Shown here piece after piece: positions 8,654 through 17,083 of a DNA stretch of 64,000 bases. The first letter of the stretch is position 1; each line of letters begins with the position of its first letter. The stretch is from positions 1 to 64,000 of the IMG/VR virus record IMGVR_UViG_3300017963_000014; one strand, 5' to 3'. The notes beneath the pieces are model-generated. The model had not been told where the DNA came from and did not search any database. It was given only the letters and a program-made list of their open reading frames with translations. Made by a program: the position numbers and the translations under genes. The DNA comes from a virus.

Positions 8654-9657
8654 CGATTACGCCCCCGACCCTCGGCGAGCTTCTCGGCGTTCCCCCACTC
8701 GTGTGTCGCCGGGGGATCCCCCCGCTCGAGCGCCTTGAGTAACCCGAAGTATTCCCGACGAATCTCCCGCTCGAGGTCGACCTCGGGAAGATCGAGCCGC
8801 TCGCGAACCGCCGCGACCTCCTCGAGGTCGTGTACGAAGTCCCCGAGGTAATCGAGGTCGGGTCGGTAGACCGGGGAGATCGGGACGTCGGAGACGAAGC
8901 GGACGATATCGACGATCTGTCCGTAAGGAAGCCAGCGACCGGAGGCGGCGGGGACTCGACCGGAGAGCCGGACCTCGACCGCGCGGCGGACGAGGAGCGA
9001 TATCCAGGAGTGCGGCGTAACCTCCTTAACGTTCGCGGGGCTAAGGGTGATAAAGGGCTCCCGCTCGTAGAGTCCGGCGGCGCACTTCAGGCAGTCGGCG
9101 ACGCAGGAGTCGCCGTCGCGGATCCCGCCGAAGCCAAACGAGGGGTAGACCTGCAGGAGGAGCTCCGGTTCCCGGGCGAAGGCGTCGACCGCGAAGAGCC
9201 GCCCGGCGAGCTTCGTCAGACCGTAGCGAGTCCGGGGGTTCGCGGGGGTTCGAGACATCGAGATCGGCTTCGCGAGTCCGTAGTCGTCGGGCGAGAGCTC
9301 GGAGGCGGTCGCGAGGAAGACCGTGTAGATCCTCCGCTCCGCTAGAATCCGCGCGAGATCGCGGGGAGCGGCGGCGTTGCAACTCCAGGTCTCCTCCGCG
9401 AGAGTCTCGCAGCGGGTCGTCCCGACGATCGCCCCGGAGTGAACGAAGACGTCCGGCTTCGGGTCGAGGGCGGCTAGCCACTCGAGGTAGCCCTCGCAGC
9501 GGAAGTCCGGCTCGAACTCGCCGGTCGAGGGACTACGCCAGAGTGCGAATAGACGACGATCGGTCGGAGGCTCGAGGCGCTCCCAGCCGAGGGAGGAGAA
9601 CTCGCGGTCGATCTCGCTACCTAGCATCCCGCTCGTACCGGTTACGACGTACCTCAT
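8650..9657 (-). CDS. NAD(P)-dependent NDP-sugar epimerase/reductase (extended SDR, RmlD/GalE-like)
   Basis: TGTSGMLG, PDVFVHSGA, catalytic YGLTK. Confidence 0.85.
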   Translation of the reverse strand: MRYVVTGTSGMLGSEIDREFSSLGWERLEPPTDRRLFALWRSPSTGEFEPDFRCEGYLEWLAALDPKPDVFVHSGAIVGTTRCETLAEETWSCNAAAPRDLARILAERRIYTVFLATASELSPDDYGLAKPISMSRTPANPRTRYGLTKLAGRLFAVDAFAREPELLLQVYPSFGFGGIRDGDSCVADCLKCAAGLYEREPFITLSPANVKEVTPHSWISLLVRRAVEVRLSGRVPAASGRWLPYGQIVDIVRFVSDVPISPVYRPDLDYLGDFVHDLEEVAAVRERLDLPEVDLEREIRREYFGLLKALERGDPPATHEWGNAEKLAEGRGRNR

Positions 9658-10142
9658 CTTCGGAAACCCTCCTCCCCGTTAACGTAGACGACGTCGACTA
9701 CACCGCCGACCCAGGCGAAGACCTCGTCGAACGCGAGAAACTCGGCGTTAAGTCGCCCGTATTCGATAACCTCCCCCCGTCGCTCGATCCGGTTCCGCGC
9801 GGTCTCGAGCGAACTCGTAACGCGGTAGATCTGCTCGACCTCCTCGAGCTGCTTCGCCCGCGCGGCCGGGTTCGCTAGAAACGCCGGGATCGGTCGCTCG
9901 AAGAGCTTGGCGAAGACGAGGGTCGAGACCCAGCCGCGGTCGGCGACGAGGTCGACCCGGGGCGCGAGCTGCTCGAGTAACGAGGCGTGCGCTACGTACC
10001 CCCCGATCCGCGTCTCCTCCGAGTCGAGGCGGAGCCGAACCTTCGCGAGGTCCTCGACGTACGGGATCCCGAGCCGCCGCGCGAGGAGGCGGGCGAACGT
10101 CGTCTTTCCGACCCCGTTCGGACCCTCGACGAGGTGAAGCAT
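9654..10142 (-). CDS. dNMP kinase (thymidylate-kinase-like)
   Basis: P-loop EGPNGVGKTT, DRGWVS, RIERRG lid. Confidence 0.8.
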   Translation of the reverse strand: MLHLVEGPNGVGKTTFARLLARRLGIPYVEDLAKVRLRLDSEETRIGGYVAHASLLEQLAPRVDLVADRGWVSTLVFAKLFERPIPAFLANPAARAKQLEEVEQIYRVTSSLETARNRIERRGEVIEYGRLNAEFLAFDEVFAWVGGVVDVVYVNGEEGFRR

Positions 10143-11242
10143 CAGAGCGCCCTCGGCGCGACCAAGTTCCCGGAGGCTCCTCGGGTAAATCCCGCGAACT
10201 GAGCCTCGTACTCGTTCCGCTCTACGATACTCTCCGGGGTATACCCGAGGAGGAAGCGGTCGCGGGTCGTGAGTCGGAAGTCCTCGGGTCGGTCCTCGCC
10301 CGCGGTCGGGATCCGGATCCCGAGCTGCGCCGCGATCGTCTCGCGGTCGGAACAGCTCTCGTTGAACTCCGCGTACTCGTAGTCGAGCTCGGGGTTCCCC
10401 GGGGCGCTTCGGACCGGGTTTCGACCGCAGCTACGGAAGAGGCAGCCGAAGGCCTCCGAGATCGCGTGAGCCCGGTGGTAACAGCAGGCGCCTACGAAGT
10501 CGCAGCGTGGGCGGAGATACGCGGCGAGGAGCGGGAAGGCGTCGGACTTCGCGAGGCGGTCGCGGAGGAGCCAGGCGACGGCGACGGTGTCCTCCGCCTC
10601 GGAGAAGGTCATCCGACGGGCGCAGAGGTTCTTAAGCGCCGCGTAGTTAACGGAGCAGACGAAGCGGTGAACGACCGAGATCGGGAGCGCCGTCCTCGCC
10701 TCCTGCCAGCTCCCGCGCCCGATCTCGACGATCCTCCGGTACACGAACTTCGCCTCCCTCGCGAGGGCTACGAGGTCCGAGAGTTTACCCGCGCTCCGGA
10801 ACGTCGCCTCGTGGAAGCGAAACGCGATGTCTAGGTGGTTGTTATCGCGGGTCCCCATCGACGCCGCGACGAACCCGAGGCGGGCGCGAACGATCTGGTC
10901 GAACGCCCACCTCGAGAGATTCTCGACCGAGAACGTAAACTTCGGCGCCTCGAGCGCGAGCGGTAGCGCCTGCCCCGCGAGAACCGCCCGAACGACCGCC
11001 TCCCGCGACTCGGGCGCGGCGTCCTCCCAGCGGTCGAGGGAGGAGGAGCTCCAAGTCCCCCAGGTCGCGGTCGCCATGCAGTACATCGCCTTATACGGGT
11101 TCACCGGTCCGTCGAGGAGGTCGACGCGAATCCCCTCGACCCCGCGGTAGAAGCGGGTCTCGAACGGCGGGGCGGAGGAGGGGGCGGTCCCCATCAGTTC
11201 GCGGAGGCGGGCTAGTTCGGCGACGCGGTTCTCGGTACTCAT
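10142..11242 (-). CDS. Divergent ThyX-fold flavoenzyme
   Basis: LE..KFTFSVENLSR....QIVRAR...TR, EARTALP, VNYAALKNLCARR, Cys-rich tail. Start moved to ATG 11242 (ATGA overlap, GGAGG upstream). Confidence 0.8.
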   Translation of the reverse strand: MSTENRVAELARLRELMGTAPSSAPPFETRFYRGVEGIRVDLLDGPVNPYKAMYCMATATWGTWSSSSLDRWEDAAPESREAVVRAVLAGQALPLALEAPKFTFSVENLSRWAFDQIVRARLGFVAASMGTRDNNHLDIAFRFHEATFRSAGKLSDLVALAREAKFVYRRIVEIGRGSWQEARTALPISVVHRFVCSVNYAALKNLCARRMTFSEAEDTVAVAWLLRDRLAKSDAFPLLAAYLRPRCDFVGACCYHRAHAISEAFGCLFRSCGRNPVRSAPGNPELDYEYAEFNESCSDRETIAAQLGIRIPTAGEDRPEDFRLTTRDRFLLGYTPESIVERNEYEAQFAGFTRGASGNLVAPRAL

Positions 11243-12216
11243 CTCTTCTTCCTCCCTTCGGCTAACTCGAGGACCACCGCGAGCGCCTCGCGCGGCCCGG
11301 GGACGCGGACGGCGCCGACGAGCTCTACCCCGGCGTTCGCCTCGCCCTCTACGAGGACGACCGGGACGCCGGCGGCGAGGACCTCGCGCGCGACCGCGGG
11401 GTCGTCCTCGACGACCGCGACGGTCCCGGGGAAGTCCCGGAGGATCCGCCGGTGTTTCTCCCGGTCGAAGAGGACGGCGTCCGCGCGGAGGGCGGAGCGG
11501 TTGAGCCACTCGAGCGTATCGGCGTAGATCCGGGATACCCTCCAGTAGGGGCGAGCGGAGAGGACGACCGCGGTTAGACCGGCGGCGCGGAGCCCGTCTA
11601 AGAGCTCCCGCGCCCCCTCCCGAACCCCCTGCTCACGCTTCGCCCCGCTCTCGCGGTAGCGGTCCTTTAAGTTCTGGTACCCGAGCGCCCCGAGCTCCCG
11701 TCGGAGCGCGGCGGTCGAGGAGAACACGAACTCGCCGGGAACCTCCCAGTCCTCGACGTCGAGGCGGGCCCAGTCAAGGAAGCAGCGGGGGTAGTCGTTA
11801 AGGACGCCGTCTAGGTCGACGGCGACGACCGGGTCCTCGGGGGAGAGCGCGCGGAGGCGGGCCTCCATCGCGTAGCGGTACTCGACGACCTCGCTCTTCC
11901 GCTCGAACTCCTCGAGGATCTCCCCGGGGGAGAACCCCCAGACGTTCGCGAGCCCGAGGAGGAACTTAAGGCAGTCGACCCACTCCTCGAGGACGTTCCC
12001 GCGGACGACCGGAGTAGTCCGCCGGTGGTGCATCTTCCAGGAGGTCTCGCCGAGTAGCTCGTGAAGCTCCCCCTCGAGGTGTAGGACGAAGTCCTTCGAC
12101 CACGCGACGCGCTCCGCCGGGGATAGCCGCGCGATCTCGTAGCCGAGGTCCGAGAAGAACCGCTCGTTGAACCGCCTCTGCCGCGCGAGGATCCCCTCGA
12201 GGGAGGTAGCCTTCAC
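11239..12216 (-). CDS. Fusion of all-alpha dNTP pyrophosphatase (dimeric dUTPase/dCTPase-like) and HAD 5'-nucleotidase
   Basis: N-terminal EGELHELLGETSWK...LEEWVDCLKF; C-terminal VDLDGVL, LSAR, K, VEDD. Start moved to GTG 12216 (GTGA overlap). Confidence 0.8.
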   Translation of the reverse strand: MKATSLEGILARQRRFNERFFSDLGYEIARLSPAERVAWSKDFVLHLEGELHELLGETSWKMHHRRTTPVVRGNVLEEWVDCLKFLLGLANVWGFSPGEILEEFERKSEVVEYRYAMEARLRALSPEDPVVAVDLDGVLNDYPRCFLDWARLDVEDWEVPGEFVFSSTAALRRELGALGYQNLKDRYRESGAKREQGVREGARELLDGLRAAGLTAVVLSARPYWRVSRIYADTLEWLNRSALRADAVLFDREKHRRILRDFPGTVAVVEDDPAVAREVLAAGVPVVLVEGEANAGVELVGAVRVPGPREALAVVLELAEGRKKR

Positions 12217-13136
12217 GAGAGAACCCCCGCGACGTCGTGTAACCGTATCCGGTGGTCCCACCTAGCGAACCTCCCGACGTGCCGGACGAGCCCCGCGTAC
12301 TCGACCTCCGACCGCGGCTCCCCCCGAACCTGGAGGCGGAGCGGCCCGACGAAGTTCGTATCGAAGACGTCCTCGCAGAACCCCGGCGCGAGGACCTCCG
12401 CGGGGTCGCGGTTAAACTCGTAGACGAACCCCTCCCCCTCCGGGAGGAAGGTGACGCGATCGAAGGGGACGCGCGGGTTAGAGACGTAGAGGTAGCGGAG
12501 ACCGGCGGAGGCGGCGTCCCGGACGGGGTCGGCCCAGGCGCGGGCGGCCCCGAGGAACCACTTCGGGCCGGCGTCCCAGGTCCGCTCGAGCTTAGCCGGC
12601 GTTAGCGAGTCGAAGACGGGCGCGGGGAGCGTGTTGACGACCTCCGAGACCGGCAACTTACTAACCCCGTCGAGCTCGACGTCTACCCGTCGCTGAAGTA
12701 TCCAGGGCGCGATGGACGTGACGCGCGCACGGAGTAGCTCGGAACGGACCGTTAGCGCGCGCTCGAGCGCCCGCGTAAGCTCCTCTACCGAGGTACGGAA
12801 GCAGCGGAGGACGCCGGGGGTACCGGAGGAGACCGCGGATCTCGGCGCCCGGCTAGGGTCCCGTCCGCTCCGCCGGAGGTACTCCCGCCGCTCGAGCGGC
12901 GTCGGGTCGGAAGTAACACCGGAGTCGGTCCAGAACCCGAAGCGGACCTCCTCGACCTCGCTCGATAGCCCGAGGTCCTCGAGGACGCGCCCGAGCGCGA
13001 GGGACTCCCAGAGGTAGGAGGGGGCGAGTCGTCGGAGGAGGACGGAACCGCCGAAGATCTCGCCAACGCAGGGGACGCGGAGGAGGTACGCCGCGAGGAG
13101 GCCGACGGGTCCGGCGCCGAGGACGAGTCGACTCAT
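12213..13136 (-). CDS. FAD-dependent enzyme, UDP-galactopyranose mutase (Glf)/HemY-like
   Basis: GAGPVG dinucleotide fold, VVNTLP, PFDRVT, C-terminal GRFARW. Confidence 0.65.
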   Translation of the reverse strand: MSRLVLGAGPVGLLAAYLLRVPCVGEIFGGSVLLRRLAPSYLWESLALGRVLEDLGLSSEVEEVRFGFWTDSGVTSDPTPLERREYLRRSGRDPSRAPRSAVSSGTPGVLRCFRTSVEELTRALERALTVRSELLRARVTSIAPWILQRRVDVELDGVSKLPVSEVVNTLPAPVFDSLTPAKLERTWDAGPKWFLGAARAWADPVRDAASAGLRYLYVSNPRVPFDRVTFLPEGEGFVYEFNRDPAEVLAPGFCEDVFDTNFVGPLRLQVRGEPRSEVEYAGLVRHVGRFARWDHRIRLHDVAGVLS

Positions 13137-13885
13137 CGGCCGCCTCCACCGTAAGCCTCGAAGACCCTGCGCGCCAACTCGAGCGCGGTCTTCTGGAGGT
13201 CCCCGACGTACACCCAGTTCGTCCTCCCGAAGTGCCGCTTCCGTCGCTCCTCCCTATCTAGATGGAGGAGCCCGGGAACCTTCTCCCGCTCGAAGAAGTC
13301 GTCGTCGACGTTAAACTGAAGGTAGAGCCCGCGGAACTTAACCGCGAGCCGACGTACGCCCTCGGGGTCGAAGAACGCGACGTACCGCGGGTTCTCACGA
13401 GGCTTCCAGCCGTCGGGGAGATCCTCCTTAAGGCGCCGAATTATCTCCTTAGCCTCGATCCCCCCGAGGTCACCGTCGCGCTTCCGCTCGCGCCTCCTCC
13501 TCTCGGCCTCCTCGACCGCGGCCCGGAGCGAGTCCGCGTCCCTCCCCCGGGTCGAGACCCCGAGGTTCCGCGCGCGGGAGCGGAGCTCCTCGAGCGAGAG
13601 GGCGGGCTCGCCCTCGTCGTCGCCGAGGACGGCGCCGCAGGCCCAGCAGCGGGGGGAGGTAGCGTTTATCGGGGAGTTACAGCGCCCGCAGGAGTACGAG
13701 AGGTCCTCCCCCCGGGCGCGGAGCGCCTCGAGGACCTCCGCGTACGCGGACTTCAGCGTCTTCGCCCCGACCTCTAGCCCCTCGAACTCCCGGGCGTTCC
13801 GCCGGAGGGTCGGGAGGGCGAGGTACCTCCAGCGCGGGCCCTCGAGCTCCGGGGGGATCGACCCCGTTCCCTTCGCCTTCTTCAT
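13133..13885 (-). CDS. Zinc-ribbon hypothetical protein
   Basis: CGRC...CWAC; coiled-coil middle; alpha/beta C-terminal domain; GAGGAGG RBS. Confidence 0.65.
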   Translation of the reverse strand: MKKAKGTGSIPPELEGPRWRYLALPTLRRNAREFEGLEVGAKTLKSAYAEVLEALRARGEDLSYSCGRCNSPINATSPRCWACGAVLGDDEGEPALSLEELRSRARNLGVSTRGRDADSLRAAVEEAERRRRERKRDGDLGGIEAKEIIRRLKEDLPDGWKPRENPRYVAFFDPEGVRRLAVKFRGLYLQFNVDDDFFEREKVPGLLHLDREERRKRHFGRTNWVYVGDLQKTALELARRVFEAYGGGGR

Positions 13886-13897
13886 CTCGCCTCCTAG

Positions 13898-14515
13898 CTA
13901 GGCTCTATCTAGGAATGTACCCGGGGCGAACGCCCGGCTCGCTAGCTCCCCGAGGAGTAGCTCGACCGGGGGCGCCCGCTCCTCGTCGAGTAGCGCGCGC
14001 CGGAGGAGGACGAGCGCCTCGCCCCGGAGCCGCTCGCCCGCGCGCCGGAGCGCGAGGTCGAGGAGGAGCCGGTCCTCTACCCCGCGGTCGGCGCCGAGCC
14101 GGCGGTCGAGGTCCGCGGGGTCGTCGAGGCAGGGCTCGAGGGAGATCGACTTCGAGAACGTCCGCCGGACGGCGAGGCGGGCGGACTCCTCGCAGAAGTG
14201 CGGGAGCTCGACGAGCTCGACCGGTCCCCTTACGCGGTGCCGCTCCCTCCCGTGCCTCCGGATCGCCGCGCGCTCTAGGAAGGTCCGGCCACAGGGGCAG
14301 AGGTAGACGTAGCGGCGGGCGGCGCGCGAGAGCGCGAGTAGCCCCTCGTTAACGGCGTCGTCGACCTCCGCGAGGACGTTCGCCGAGCCGAAGGAGCGGC
14401 GGGCGGATACGCCGCGGGCGAGGAGCCAGGGTCGGTAGAGGGCGGCGACCGGCGAGAAGTTCCGGTCGGTCGGGTCGGAACGGTAGCGAAGCAGGGCGCG
14501 TTCGGGCTCCTCCAC
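13898..14515 (-). CDS. Sigma-70 region-2-like protein with inserted C2H2 zinc finger
   Basis: VDDAVNEGLLALSRAARRY resembles region 2.2; followed by YLCPCGRTF....IRRHGRERH. Confidence 0.55.
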   Translation of the reverse strand: MEEPERALLRYRSDPTDRNFSPVAALYRPWLLARGVSARRSFGSANVLAEVDDAVNEGLLALSRAARRYVYLCPCGRTFLERAAIRRHGRERHRVRGPVELVELPHFCEESARLAVRRTFSKSISLEPCLDDPADLDRRLGADRGVEDRLLLDLALRRAGERLRGEALVLLRRALLDEERAPPVELLLGELASRAFAPGTFLDRA

Positions 14516-14562
14516 GGGGGGTCTCCTTCGGTATTTTGTTCTTTCGTCGACGGCGAGGCCGG

Positions 14563-14592
14563 ACTATACGCCCGCGCCTTTCCGCCTGTAAA
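14563..14592 (-). promoter_or_regulatory. Sigma70-type promoter for the sigma-like / modification / polymerase operon
   Basis: TTTACA-N18-TATAGT on the minus strand in an intergenic gap. Confidence 0.55.
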
Positions 14593-14602
14593 GTACTATC
14601 TC

Positions 14603-15352
14603 CTAACTCTCGTCGCCCCCTACGCTTTCCCCTACCCCGAGGCTCGCGGCGGTGTTCAGGACCGAGCGGACGGAGGAGGCGTACCAGCGGGCGCCGGCCT
14701 TCGGGCACTCGCCCGCGTCGTTCAGCTCGGCGGCGATCCGGGAGTACGAGCCGCCGGCCTCGCGGAGCGCGCGGATCCGCTCGAGGAGCGCGGTCTCCGC
14801 GGGGTTCGGAACTAGGCGCTCGCCCTCGCGGTCGAAGCCGAAGGGGGTCCGACCGTAGACGCGGCGGGTTCGGCGACAGCGGGCGGTCGCCTCGCGGCAG
14901 CGGGCGGAGATCATCTCGCGCTCCATCTCCGCGAGGGCGGCGAGGATCGACATCGCGAACCGGCCGTGAGGGGTCGAGCCGTCCATCTGCTCGCGGACCG
15001 AGACGAACCCCCGCCCCGCGTCCCGGAGCCCCGAGACGACCGAGAGGAAGTCGAGCGTCGAGCGCGAGAGCCGGTCGATCGAGTAGACGATCAGCGCGTC
15101 GCCCTCGGCCTCGACCCGCTCGAGCGCCTCCCGGAGCGCCGGCCGCTCGAGCGTCTTCCCCGAGAGCCCGGCGTCGACGAGGACGTCGACGAGCTCGCCG
15201 TCGACGAGCTCGACGTAGGCGCGGCACTTCTCCTCCTGCGCCCCGAGCGAGACGCCCCCGCGGGCCTGCTCCTCTGTACTCACACGCAAGTACGCGTAAT
15301 ATTTAACTTTTCCCTTCGGAGCGATCGTCTTTACCCTCGGGCTTCGCTTCAT
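14603..15352 (-). CDS. Serine recombinase (resolvase catalytic domain plus short recombinase domain)
   Basis: YLRVST, D.GLSG...RP.L, DRLSRS, AEMERE.IS.R, GRTPFGF, IAAELN..G, W.ASSV. Confidence 0.92.
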   Translation of the reverse strand: MKRSPRVKTIAPKGKVKYYAYLRVSTEEQARGGVSLGAQEEKCRAYVELVDGELVDVLVDAGLSGKTLERPALREALERVEAEGDALIVYSIDRLSRSTLDFLSVVSGLRDAGRGFVSVREQMDGSTPHGRFAMSILAALAEMEREMISARCREATARCRRTRRVYGRTPFGFDREGERLVPNPAETALLERIRALREAGGSYSRIAAELNDAGECPKAGARWYASSVRSVLNTAASLGVGESVGGDES

Positions 15353-15376
15353 CTTGATCCTCCGTCTCTACTTTAC

Positions 15377-15413
15377 ATCTTATCAGATAGAAAGTATCTG
15401 TCTAGGGGTAAAA
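15377..15413. repeat. 37-bp direct repeat copy 1 (promoter/operator-like)
   Basis: atcttatcagatagaaagtatctgtctaggggtaaaa, identical to 17047-17083. Minus strand reads TAGACA-N16-TAAGAT with an internal CAGATA-N5-TATCTG palindrome. Confidence 0.9.
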
Positions 15414-15456
15414 GGAAGGGGGCGAAAGTTTCTCCCACCCTCTCCCCCACCCGGCT

Positions 15457-17040
15457 CTAACTCTGAACGTAGACCAGCTCGCGGCGCGCGCGGGTAATCG
15501 CGACGTAGAGGCAGTTCGACTCCTGCCCGCCCTCCCGGAAGGAGTCCCAGAGCAGGAAGACCCGGTCGCGCTCGAGCCCCTTCGCGCGGTGCGCGGTCGA
15601 GAGCGTCACCCGCGAGTCGTCGTCGACGTCGGAGAAGAGCTCCTCGAGCCGCGCCCGGAGGTCCGGGAGGGTCGAGGCGACGTCGAGGAGCGCGCGGAGG
15701 CAGGCGCAGCGGTCGGAGAGGAGCTCGAAGAGCCCCTCGTCCGCGTCCTTCTCCTCGAGCTTCCGCCGCTCGTCCGCCTCGTACGACTCGAGCCAGCCGA
15801 CGAGGGCCGCGGTCGTCGCGACCCCGTCCCGCTCCTCCGCCTTCCGGAGGACCCCGAGGAGCTGCCCGAGGACGTCCCGGCCCTGGATAGCGGCGGGGAC
15901 CCGGTCCTTCAGGAGCTCGAGGCAGATCGGGAGCAGGGGCGCGTTCGAGCGGCAGAGGACGAAGTCGCCGGGCTCGACCTCCGCGAGGAGCTTCCCCACG
16001 GCGACCGCGCGGACGGTCCCCGGCTCGTTCCCCGCGGCCGCCTCGTAGTCCGGGACAATCCGCTTCGCCTCCGAGACGATCGAAGTCGCGCAGCGGTAGG
16101 TCCGGGGGAGCGGGAGCGTGACGGCGCCGAGGTCGCGGATCATCCTGGTCAGGAAGTCGGAGTCGGCGGCGCGCCAGCCGTAGATCGCCTGCCGGTCGTC
16201 CCCGACCGCGACGAGCCGCCCGCCGGCCTTCACGGAGTTCCGCGCGAGCTCGAGCTGCGCGGGGTTCATGTCCTGCGCCTCGTCGACGACGACGAGGTCG
16301 TGCTTCCAGGGAGAGAGCCCGAAGAAGTGCGGGAACCAGAGCTGGTCGTCGAAGTCGACGCTCGAGCGGTCGTCGGCGGAGAGCTCCATCGCGCGGGAGG
16401 CGAGCCGCGCGAGCGCCGCGAGTTCGCCCGCCTCGTCCGCGACCGCGTAGCGGTTCGCGAGCTCCTCGATCCCGCGGAGGTCCTTCGGGTCCGTTAGCGT
16501 AATCTTCGCGAGCGTCGCGAGCCGCCGGACCTTCCCCTCGGGGGAGATCACCTCGAGCGCGACCGCGGGGAGCGCCACGCACGCCGCCTTCGCCGCCTTC
16601 TTCCCCTTCTCGGGGTCGACCTCGACGCCCTTCCCCCAGGCCTTCCGGACGGTCGCGAGGCCGACGGAGTTCAGGGTCTTCGCGGAGGCGGTCCGCCAGT
16701 CGAGGCCGGCGGCGCCGATCTTGTTCTGGAGGTCCTTCGCGTTCTTCACGTTGAACGCGCAGGTAAGCGTCCGGTTCCGGGGGTTCCGCCGGGCGTAGCG
16801 GATCACGGCCTCGACCATCGTCGTCGTCTTCCCCGTCCCCGCGCGCGCGAGGACGACGAGGTCGCGCCCGCCCTCGTGGATCCGCTCGACCGCGTCGAAG
16901 ATCGCCTCCTGGTACTCGCTCCAGTTCATCGTCATCGTTCGGCTCCTTTCCGGGACTCCGAAGGGTTCTCTATCCTCTTTAATCTGTTCTAATATCCTCC
17001 TCGCCCTCGCTATCCGCTCCGCCTTACTGAGCTTATCCAT
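15457..17040 (-). CDS. UvrD/Rep-like superfamily 1 helicase
   Basis: ARAGTGKTT, VDEAQD, VGDDRQAIYGWR, TYRC, STAHRAKGLE, YVAITRAR. Alternative start 16935. Confidence 0.92.
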   Translation of the reverse strand: MDKLSKAERIARARRILEQIKEDREPFGVPERSRTMTMNWSEYQEAIFDAVERIHEGGRDLVVLARAGTGKTTTMVEAVIRYARRNPRNRTLTCAFNVKNAKDLQNKIGAAGLDWRTASAKTLNSVGLATVRKAWGKGVEVDPEKGKKAAKAACVALPAVALEVISPEGKVRRLATLAKITLTDPKDLRGIEELANRYAVADEAGELAALARLASRAMELSADDRSSVDFDDQLWFPHFFGLSPWKHDLVVVDEAQDMNPAQLELARNSVKAGGRLVAVGDDRQAIYGWRAADSDFLTRMIRDLGAVTLPLPRTYRCATSIVSEAKRIVPDYEAAAGNEPGTVRAVAVGKLLAEVEPGDFVLCRSNAPLLPICLELLKDRVPAAIQGRDVLGQLLGVLRKAEERDGVATTAALVGWLESYEADERRKLEEKDADEGLFELLSDRCACLRALLDVASTLPDLRARLEELFSDVDDDSRVTLSTAHRAKGLERDRVFLLWDSFREGGQESNCLYVAITRARRELVYVQS

Positions 17041-17046
17041 ATTCTT

Positions 17047-17083
17047 ATCTTATCAGATAGAAAGTATCTGTCTAGGGGTAAAA
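17047..17083. repeat. 37-bp direct repeat copy 2 (promoter/operator-like)
   Basis: Identical to 15377-15413, 1670 bp apart. Confidence 0.9.

Noticed and set aside
7513-12261. ORF-track N-terminal extensions of PolB (7773), ThyX-like (11509) and dNTPase (12261)
   Set aside because: They overlap upstream genes with low-complexity sequence; NTGA-coupled starts fit better.
8105-13136. Z-genome, 7-deazaguanine or known thymidine hypermodification pathway
   Set aside because: No PurZ, Que/FolE/DpdA, 5-hmdU DNA kinase or amino acid:DNA transferase recognised; the ThyA fold has the cytosine-type Asp.
14603-15352. Large serine integrase with prophage boundary
   Set aside because: Only 249 aa, lacks the zinc-ribbon/coiled-coil region; phage genes continue on both sides and no host DNA or att site is evident.
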